Shown here piece by piece: positions 52,003 through 59,246 of a DNA stretch of 64,000 nt. Both the position numbers and the translations under genes were made by a program. This stretch comes from Flavobacteriaceae bacterium (GTDB lineage: Bacteria; Bacteroidota; Bacteroidia; Flavobacteriales; Flavobacteriaceae). Every line of letters starts with the position of its first letter. The first letter of the stretch is position 1. The DNA lies in the NCBI GenBank assembly GCA_018608765.1, contig JABAYY010000034.1, positions 27,209-91,208 on the forward strand. The letters are read 5' to 3'. The notes beneath the pieces were generated by a model. It made no database searches. It was not told the DNA's origin and saw only the letters and a list, made by a program, of their open reading frames with translations.

Positions 52003-52586
52003 ATAGGTTATTCAAATTTTTTCTCCGTGGCATTATAAAAAGAATTGTATTCATTTCCGTTATTTTTACATGTCATCAAAATCCCCTGTTCTTTCAATTC
52101 GTATTTAAATATGACATCATTTAAGTGATTTTGACTGTATTCATTTTCCAATCCCACTTTTGTAGCAAATTCTTCTATCAAATCGACCCCTATAATTCCT
52201 GTTGGATCTAAATCATTATAAAAACCAAAGCTCTTATTTAATTCAGATTTATTTACTTTAAACAATTTTTCTACTCCTTTTTCAAATTTTCTATTTCCTA
52301 AATAACGTTGATTTTTAAGACCTAAAACTTCAACAAAGTAAATATTATTTTTTTCATTATATACTTCAGAAATTTCAACATTAGCTTTCCAAGGTATACC
52401 CCTACGCACCCAAATTTGAAAAAAATCAGAAACAGATAATTCCTGTGCCATATCAAGATGATTCCCTTTCCGAGCCTCTTCAAAAATATTGATTTTTTGT
52501 TCTTTATTGCAACCAAAAAAAATCATACTTATAATTATTAATATGGATACTTTCATCAAAATGCTCATTTTTAAACTTATGTATAA
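51877..52586 (-). mobile_element. Integron-like gene cassette C2 (lipoprotein)
   Basis: Minus start GTTATACATAAGTT (52587-52574) matches + GTTATATATAGGTT (51996-52009) at 12/14. Confidence 0.78.
52008..52568 (-). CDS. Hypothetical lipoprotein
   Basis: Start MSILMKVS at 52568 (or 52556), lipobox FFGC; the track's longer start lies inside the attC-like site. Confidence 0.7.
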   Translation of the reverse strand: MSILMKVSILIIISMIFFGCNKEQKINIFEEARKGNHLDMAQELSVSDFFQIWVRRGIPWKANVEISEVYNEKNNIYFVEVLGLKNQRYLGNRKFEKGVEKLFKVNKSELNKSFGFYNDLDPTGIIGVDLIEEFATKVGLENEYSQNHLNDVIFKYELKEQGILMTCKNNGNEYNSFYNATEKKFE

Positions 52587-52775
52587 CGGTTGGTGTATGA
52601 AACGTAGCGTGTAAAAAGATACTACTTTTCGGATAAACACTGAGCCGAATTTTTATATTTTGTTTTTATCTTTAATTTTTCTAAAAGCCAAATTTAAAAA
52701 TTTGGCGGACTTCGCAAATACGCATAAACCTTTCGTAAAGCATTAATTAGCTATGTTTTATACACATTGTTAGCC
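52581..52775 (-). repeat. Complete attC-like site (195 bp) between cassettes C1 and C2
   Basis: + GTATAAC-ggttg-GTGTATGAAACGTAGC (52593-52608) pairs with GCTATGTTTTATACAC (52750-52765)-att-GTTAGCC; 14/16 plus two G:T; inner palindrome GCCAAATTT-AA-AAATTTGGC 52687-52706; the upstream gene's TAA lies inside GGCTAAC. Confidence 0.82.
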
Positions 52776-53636
52776 ACTGGCTTTTTTCCGTTTGCTTATT
52801 TTCTTTACATACTTTTTCAAGTTCGTATCATCATTAAACACTTTTTTATCAAAACGTTCCATTATTCTATTCAGTCGATTAATGTTTATGTGAGCTCTTC
52901 TTCTGATATGTTTTTTTACTTTCTTCACTTTTCCTTTTTTTACAGTCATAAAATCGAGTCTAATAAAGTATGATTCGTAAATGCTGTAAAGTGATAAACA
53001 GTATAAATAAGGCAAGAAAAGTATTGTAAGTGTTATTGGTAATATAAAAGAGTGTAGTGTTCCTAATTTAAAGAAATCAGAATATCCATTTGCCATTTGA
53101 TAGATAGAATAAATCAAAAGTCCAAAACCAAATATTGCCATTAAATTCGTTAGTAATTTTGCTACTTGAGCATTCTTTGAACCCAAACCTGCAAATGCTT
53201 GTAGCATTACAATGAAGATTAATATAGGAAGCAATATTAGTTCTGTTACTAAACTGAAATTGTAAAAATTAATTACAAATTCTAATATCGCAATCACTTT
53301 TATAGTGTCAATTAGATTTTTTTTAAATTATTTACTGTCTTTGGCTTTATTTAGGCTAAAAACCAAAACGAATGCAACTGAAAAAAGCCAAAATATTGAA
53401 TCTTTAATGTCAGCTGATGTCCAAAGTCCAATTGCTTTTAATAGACTAAATGTTCCAAATAAATAAATGCCTAAAGTTAAATAGATTGCAAGAAAGTATT
53501 TGCCAAAAAGTAATTTCACAACATCTTTCAATAAATTTCTCATTGATTTTTGTGTAAGAACAAATAGTATGAAAATTCCAAGCCAAATTAGTAATGAAAT
53601 TTCTCTGTTGCTAAATATTTCTTGTAGTTTGTTCAA
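52770..53636 (-). pseudogene. Multi-TM membrane protein (about 288 aa) interrupted by one in-frame stop
   Basis: ORFs 53328-53636 and 52770-53297 are in the same frame; a single TAA at 53330-53328 is followed by open codons FKKNLIDTIK. Confidence 0.75.
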
Positions 53637-53639
53637 ATA

Positions 53640-54104
53640 TTAAAAATGTGTAAGTATTGAAGTTAAAACTTGATTAGCAACACTAAAATTTTCTTCTTGT
53701 TCGTTTAGTAGCATAAAATCCTTTTCTCCGTGAAATAGGTTATTTCTATATCTATAAACGATTATAGCAAGAGCTAAAGTTTTATTAGATGTATTGTTGT
53801 CATTTCCTAAAAGCACCTGTTTAACAAATTCCTTTCTTGCGTTAGGAACAATACGTAAATTTTCGAAACGTTCATTTGTATTATTGTCTGCTACGTAACG
53901 TTCTTTAAAATAATTTAAATGGTCTTCAAAATTCTCAATTTGGAATTCAATTGGATTTAAATTTTCTTCTATTCGATTTATAGTACAATTTCTCTCGCAA
54001 ACCAAGTTTTCGAAAATGTTCCATAATAGCGAAAAGTCCTTAATATTCTTTAAGTCATTTTCTGTGAAATTAGTTCCGAATTTGTTATTTATCCATTCAA
54101 TCAT
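53640..54104 (-). CDS. Putative HEPN-family nuclease
   Basis: Helical 154-aa protein with YRYRNNLFHGEK (RxxxxH) and an N-terminal W..FE motif. Confidence 0.65.
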   Translation of the reverse strand: MIEWINNKFGTNFTENDLKNIKDFSLLWNIFENLVCERNCTINRIEENLNPIEFQIENFEDHLNYFKERYVADNNTNERFENLRIVPNARKEFVKQVLLGNDNNTSNKTLALAIIVYRYRNNLFHGEKDFMLLNEQEENFSVANQVLTSILTHF

Positions 54105-54136
54105 TTGCAGTTCGGGTTTTTTTTCAGCTTGTGGCT

Positions 54137-54356
54137 AACTAGTGTATATAAACCACTAGTGGTTTATATTTCCATTATATCTTGATTGGAGTGGTTCAAT
54201 ACATCCCAAATAGGCGTGTATTGTGTCACTCTGGTTTCCCAAGTGTTCAATAATTCAATAAAATAATAGCTTAAACTTCGGTCAAGCTGCTTACAAAGAT
54301 TTAGACTTGGGGTCTTTTATCACTCAAACTTAAAATAAATTATTTAAACCTGCAAA
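54137..54356 (-). promoter_or_regulatory. Leader of array C: promoter, copy 5 of the motif and attI-like entry site
   Basis: Minus TTTG(54356-54353)-N20-TAAGTTTG(54332-54325); + AGATTTAGACTTGGGGTCT 54297-54315; entry AACTAGTGTATAT 54137-54149; perfect 24-bp palindrome 54146-54169. Confidence 0.8.
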
Positions 54357-54530
54357 CAAATAGTCCTATAATTTCACCGTAAGAGATTGATTTTCTGATA
54401 CTTGTGATTTAATACAAAAAAATTAATGATTGAGTAAAATGAATGAAATAGCGGGTGTTTCACCCTCCTGAAAGTGTGTTTTAAATAGTTGAAACTTTAA
54501 GATTCGTTCCACGTACGAAGGCTTTTGGAG

Positions 54531-55178
54531 TTATTTATAATACTGGTCAATAACAGACTTCCGACCAATGGTTTTAGTAATGACATCCGCGTCTAAATCC
54601 CAACCACGGGCAGGGGAGTACTCACGGCCATACCAAATAATTTGCAAGTGCAAATCGTTCCATAAGGCTTCTGGAAACAAGCGTTTGGCATCTTTTTCTG
54701 TCTGGACTACATTTTTACCATTCGTCAGGTTCCAACGGTACATGAGGCGATGAATGTGTGTGTCCACAGGAAATGCAGGCACACCAAATGCCTGTGCCAT
54801 CACCACACTCGCTGTTTTATGCCCCACAGCAGGCAAGGCCTCCAAAGCACTAAAACTCGGTGGTACCTGTCCGTTATGCGATTCTATGATAATTTTTGAC
54901 AACCCATAAATCCCTTTACTTTTCATGGGGGACAATCCACATGGCCGAATGATTGCTTTGATTTCTTCCACCGTCATTTTTACCATGTCATAAGGGTTGT
55001 CTGCTTTGGCAAAAAGAAGGGGCGTAATCTTATTCACACGCACATCCGTACATTGTGCCGATAACAATACGGCTATCAAAAGCGTATAGGGATCTTTATG
55101 ATCTAAGGGAATCGGGATTTCAGGATAAAAATCTTTTAAGGTTTTTATAACAAAATTTACCTTCTCAGTTTTAGTCAT
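54531..55178 (-). CDS. nth: Endonuclease III (HhH-GPD)
   Basis: LLSAQCTD.RVN, LPAVGHKTA, FPVDTHI.R. Confidence 0.9.
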   Translation of the reverse strand: MTKTEKVNFVIKTLKDFYPEIPIPLDHKDPYTLLIAVLLSAQCTDVRVNKITPLLFAKADNPYDMVKMTVEEIKAIIRPCGLSPMKSKGIYGLSKIIIESHNGQVPPSFSALEALPAVGHKTASVVMAQAFGVPAFPVDTHIHRLMYRWNLTNGKNVVQTEKDAKRLFPEALWNDLHLQIIWYGREYSPARGWDLDADVITKTIGRKSVIDQYYK

Positions 55179-55215
55179 TCGTTTATCTTTGTTGTGACAA
55201 CCAAAGATACTAATT

Positions 55216-55668
55216 ATGACTACATTACAAATAGGCGATGCCGCTCCAAATTTTCAATCGTTAGACGAAGCTGGAAACGCCGTTTCTTTAGCAGACTACA
55301 AAGGGAAAAAACTCGTACTGTTTTTCTATCCAAAAGCCAGCACACCTGGGTGTACCGTAGAAGCCTGTAATTTAAGTGATAATTACAGCCGTTTTACAGC
55401 ACAAGGTTATGATGTTTTGGGGGTCAGTGCAGACTCTGCCAAACGACAGTCTAACTTCAAAGAAAAATATGGATTTCCCTATCCTTTGTTAGCGGATGAA
55501 GACAAAACAGTCATCAATGCTTTTGACGTTTGGGGACCTAAGAAATTTATGGGCAAAGAATATGACGGCATTCACCGCACCACTTTTGTTATTGACGAAG
55601 CGGGTGTGATTGAAGACATCATCCTCAAAGTCAAAACGAAAGAACACACCGATCAGATTTTAAAATAA
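55216..55668 (+). CDS. bcp: Thioredoxin-dependent peroxiredoxin BCP
   Basis: FFYPKASTPGCTVEAC, GVSAD, RTTFVID. Confidence 0.93.
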   Translation: MTTLQIGDAAPNFQSLDEAGNAVSLADYKGKKLVLFFYPKASTPGCTVEACNLSDNYSRFTAQGYDVLGVSADSAKRQSNFKEKYGFPYPLLADEDKTVINAFDVWGPKKFMGKEYDGIHRTTFVIDEAGVIEDIILKVKTKEHTDQILK

Positions 55669-55691
55669 AAAAGGTCTTAGGTAGAAAGTTT

Positions 55692-55707
55692 GTCAAGCTA
55701 GCTTGAC
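55692..55707. terminator. Palindrome between convergent genes, possible terminator
   Basis: Perfect GTCAAGCTAGCTTGAC followed by an A run. Confidence 0.5.
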
Positions 55708-55754
55708 GAAAAAAACCCATTCAGATCACTTTTCAATAAATTAACCGAACAGAA

Positions 55755-57191
55755 TTACCCTTCGTACCCAAATAACTTTTGTTTTTTGATAATATCAGAA
55801 ACCCCTTCAGGAAGCATTTCTTCCCAACCGTGTTCTGCATTGGAAATCATTTTTAAGACTTTTCTCGAGAAAATGTTTAGAATTTCAGGATCATAATTTT
55901 TAATGTCAACGAGTTTTCCATTGTATTTAAAATATTTGTAGAGTTCCTTCATTCGCGGATGTACCTTCAAATCTTCACTCGTTGTCATGGTTTTCTGTTC
56001 CGTTAACATAGGATACAAATAGATTTTGAGATCTTTGTTAAACAGTTTTCCAAAGGCTTCCAAAATTCCACCACTCAAATGGCGGTAATATTTCTCATCA
56101 AAAATATCAATCAGGTTATTGATTCCCATTGACAGACCCATACGGTTTTTGGTGTAGAGATTAAAATACTCGACAAGCTTATAATATTCTTGGAAGTTGG
56201 AGATAAGTACCGTTTGTCCGAGTGAACACAACAAACGCGCTCGATCCATAAAGTCTTGTTCATCAATTTCACCACCAGAAGCTCTGAGGTTGGATAAGGT
56301 AATCTCAAATATAACCTGTGTTTTTTCCTTTTCAACTTTGTTCTCGTTTAAAAAGAGTTGATATGATTTTTCATACATATCCATATTTACTTTTGTGACA
56401 GGTCTAAAACTTCCTCTGAAAGCTAATATATTTTTTTTGTACAACACACGGGCAGGTAACACATTGTTCCCATCAGGAGCAAACATAACGGCATCTGTCA
56501 TTCCATTTTTTAAGAGCTGTAAGCTCATCAAACGGTTGTCAACGTCTTGAAAAGAAGGCCCAGAAAAATTAATAGTATCAATTTCTAACTGGTCTTTGTC
56601 AATGTGATCGTATAGATAGCGTAATAATTTTTTTGGTTGATTGTATTTATAAAACGCACCATAAATTAGGTTGGTTCCTAGTTTCCCTAGCGTTTCTTGT
56701 TGGAGTCGTGCATCCGTTTCTTTAAATCGAATGTGGAGTGTAATTTCGTTGTATTCTTTTTGGTCGGAATCAATTTGATAGCGTATTCCTACCCATCCAT
56801 GTCCTTTAAAACGTTTAGCGAAATCTATCGTTGCAACAGTATTCGCATAACTAAAAAACATTTTATTTGGATATTCCTCTCTAGAAAGACGGTCTTCAAT
56901 CAGTTTAACTTCATGAGACAACATTTTTTTCAATCGGTCTTCAGTCACATATCTATTCTCCTTTTCAGTGCCATAAATAGCATCACTAAAGGATTTGTCA
57001 TAAGCAGACATGGCTTTTGCAATGGTTCCTGAGGCACCTCCAGCTCTGAAAAAATGTCTTACAGTTTCTTGTCCAGCACCAATTTCTGCAAAAGTTCCGT
57101 AGATATTTTCATTTAAATTGATTCTTAAAGCTTTGTCTTTTAATGAAGGAATGCTCTCAATTACAGCATCCCCTTTAAGCGTTATTTCCAT
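55755..57191 (-). CDS. Conserved Bacteroidota protein, nucleotidyltransferase (NMN adenylyltransferase)-like
   Basis: YGTFAEIGAGQE, MSAYDK, RGSFRPVT; probable start MEITLKG at 57191. Confidence 0.6.
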   Translation of the reverse strand: MEITLKGDAVIESIPSLKDKALRINLNENIYGTFAEIGAGQETVRHFFRAGGASGTIAKAMSAYDKSFSDAIYGTEKENRYVTEDRLKKMLSHEVKLIEDRLSREEYPNKMFFSYANTVATIDFAKRFKGHGWVGIRYQIDSDQKEYNEITLHIRFKETDARLQQETLGKLGTNLIYGAFYKYNQPKKLLRYLYDHIDKDQLEIDTINFSGPSFQDVDNRLMSLQLLKNGMTDAVMFAPDGNNVLPARVLYKKNILAFRGSFRPVTKVNMDMYEKSYQLFLNENKVEKEKTQVIFEITLSNLRASGGEIDEQDFMDRARLLCSLGQTVLISNFQEYYKLVEYFNLYTKNRMGLSMGINNLIDIFDEKYYRHLSGGILEAFGKLFNKDLKIYLYPMLTEQKTMTTSEDLKVHPRMKELYKYFKYNGKLVDIKNYDPEILNIFSRKVLKMISNAEHGWEEMLPEGVSDIIKKQKLFGYEG

Positions 57192-57282
57192 CTTTAAAAT
57201 TAACGAGGTTACCACACAAAGGTATCATTTTAGAATAGCTTACAAAAAAAATAGCCTATTTTTGTTTTAAATTAATCATTCA

Positions 57283-58044
57283 TTGAAAATTACATTTTTA
57301 GGCACGGGAACTTCACAAGGGATTCCAATTATTGGAAGCACGCATCCTGTGTGTTTGAGTGAAGACCCTAAAGATAAGCGTCTTAGGGTGTCGGCACTCG
57401 TTCAGTGGGATGATTTTTCGGTCTTAATTGATTGTGGTCCAGATTTTAGACAACAGCTCTTACGTACCGATTGCACGAAGATAGACGCCGTTCTTTTTAC
57501 GCACGAACACAGCGACCATACGGCAGGTTTGGATGACTTAAGACCTTTTTTTTACAGACAAGGAGCACTTGATGTGTATGCCCATGAACGGGTTTTGAAA
57601 TCGCTTTATAAACGTTTTGATTATATTTTTGTCACCGAAAATAAATACCCTGGAGTGTTAACCTTGAACGCACACCCAATTACAGAAACCCCTTTTTCTG
57701 TTGGAACTAAAAAAGTTGAGCCCATTAATGTACTTCATAATTCGCTTCCTATTTTTGGATTTCGAATGGATGCATTTGCCTATATCACAGATGCAAAAAC
57801 TATTTCAACTCTAGAAGTTGAAAAACTACAAAATTTAGACGTTTTGGTTATTAATGCCTTACGAATTGAGCCACATGTTTCTCATTTCAATCTTGAAGAA
57901 GCTTTGGATTTTATCAAACTTGTAAACCCAAAAAGAGCTTTTTTGACCCATGTGAGTCATCACTTAGGGTTTCATAAAGACATAGAAAACAGCCTTCCAG
58001 AAAACGTTCATCTCGCTTACGATCAATTACAAATATCTCTCTAA
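57283..58044 (+). CDS. MBL-fold metallo-hydrolase (PhnP-like)
   Basis: FLGTGTSQGIP, DCGPDFRQQ, THEHSDH, THVSH. Confidence 0.9.
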   Translation: MKITFLGTGTSQGIPIIGSTHPVCLSEDPKDKRLRVSALVQWDDFSVLIDCGPDFRQQLLRTDCTKIDAVLFTHEHSDHTAGLDDLRPFFYRQGALDVYAHERVLKSLYKRFDYIFVTENKYPGVLTLNAHPITETPFSVGTKKVEPINVLHNSLPIFGFRMDAFAYITDAKTISTLEVEKLQNLDVLVINALRIEPHVSHFNLEEALDFIKLVNPKRAFLTHVSHHLGFHKDIENSLPENVHLAYDQLQISL

Positions 58045-58045
58045 A

Positions 58046-58255
58046 ATGAAAGGAAAAATATACCTTTACTTATTCGTGTTTTCAATCTTAGTCAATGTGT
58101 TCCAATATGTGAACTCCAAAGGTATTATTGATAAATACGAAAAAGACATCAAGAAATTTAAAGCTAAAATAGAAGTCTTAGAAAAATCAGAAGCGGCTCT
58201 TTTAGAGGTCAAAAAAGAAGCTGTCGAATTATCTACTGAGGAAACTTCGTTATAG
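58046..58255 (+). CDS. Small membrane-anchored hypothetical protein
   Basis: N-terminal TM helix and coiled tail; starts 1 nt after the upstream stop. Confidence 0.6.
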   Translation: MKGKIYLYLFVFSILVNVFQYVNSKGIIDKYEKDIKKFKAKIEVLEKSEAALLEVKKEAVELSTEETSL

Positions 58256-58259
58256 AAAT

Positions 58260-58913
58260 CTAAATTTTAGTTGAAATCCAATCTCTCAGTTCATAGAAAT
58301 TTTGAGGTGCTACACCATGTCCTACTGGAAATTCACTGTATGTGTGTTGGATGTTTAAAGACTTCAAAAACACAGGTGTCTGTCGTGCCCAATCAATTGG
58401 AATGACTTGATCGACAGTCCCATGAGAGCAATAGAAATTCAAATTTGAATAGTCTAATATCTCTAAATTATCAGGTAAAATATCATGATTTACATACCCA
58501 CTCAATCCAATGATGTTTTTTATTTTTGTAGGATGATTCAAGGCTGTTGCCATTCCTAAAATAGTTCCCTGACTAAAGCCCAATATACTCACGTTATTTT
58601 GATCGACAGGGTAATTTTCACAAGCGCTATCTATACAATCAATCAAAATTTTCATTGAAGATTTTGCCTGCTCATTATCGTTCCATTTATTTTGTTCTGC
58701 ATCAAAATTAATTGCATACCAAGCGTTGCCACTCGGCTGGAGTGGGTAAGGGGCTCTTATGGAAATAATGAACAATTCTTTAGGAAGTTCAGACGCAAAC
58801 GAAAATAAATCATTTTCATCGCTGCCGTATCCATGAAGCATCACTAATAAGGGAGCGTTTTCTTTGAGTATGGACGGTCTGGTTACATGAATTAATGGGA
58901 GTTGAACACTCAT
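58260..58913 (-). CDS. Phospholipase/carboxylesterase (alpha/beta hydrolase)
   Basis: LHGYGS, GFSQG, HG..D.VIP, GHGV. Confidence 0.9.
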   Translation of the reverse strand: MSVQLPLIHVTRPSILKENAPLLVMLHGYGSDENDLFSFASELPKELFIISIRAPYPLQPSGNAWYAINFDAEQNKWNDNEQAKSSMKILIDCIDSACENYPVDQNNVSILGFSQGTILGMATALNHPTKIKNIIGLSGYVNHDILPDNLEILDYSNLNFYCSHGTVDQVIPIDWARQTPVFLKSLNIQHTYSEFPVGHGVAPQNFYELRDWISTKI

Positions 58914-59246
58914 TTATTTAATTTTTTTAAAAGCAGTTTGATACAGTTTTCCAACCAAAGGAATTGGAATCATTTTGCCAGATAATGCTGTTGAAAACCC
59001 ATAGATAAATAGAACGCTAAATGCCATCCAAAATGAATACGTAATTTGCCAATTGTCAAAGTATCCTACGGGATAGCCAAGCGCCATAAAAGACAACCAT
59101 AATCCTAAGGATTGACGGATATGGAAATAGGCGAATTGACTTTTTTTATCTGAATTTGTAAGGTAGGCAATCAGTACTCCTAAGAGATAAAAATAACTTA
59201 TAACTGCACAACTTTTTCCAGATTTAATATCTTGATTTTCTAACAT
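58914..59246 (-). CDS. DUF4870-like small membrane protein
   Basis: A..SY, F..FH.RQSLGL, P.PLVG. Confidence 0.7.
   Translation of the reverse strand: MLENQDIKSGKSCAVISYFYLLGVLIAYLTNSDKKSQFAYFHIRQSLGLWLSFMALGYPVGYFDNWQITYSFWMAFSVLFIYGFSTALSGKMIPIPLVGKLYQTAFKKIK

Larger units (their letters stand above)
52587..54138 (-). mobile_element. Integron-like gene cassette C1 (HEPN-like gene + membrane protein gene)
   Basis: Minus start GTTAGCCACAAGCT (54139-54126) matches + GTTAGCCACTGGCT (52769-52782) at 12/14. Confidence 0.78.

Noticed and set aside
52569-52640. N-terminal extension of the 210-aa ORF (likewise 30330-30386, 13906-13962 and 30504-30647)
   Set aside because: The extensions run through recombination-site or leader DNA or another gene; downstream ATGs give proper signal peptides or coupling.
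51871-52775. Repeats as a CRISPR array or IS/MITE ends
   Set aside because: No regular repeat-spacer period, cas genes, transposase or target-site duplications; the repeats separate whole genes.
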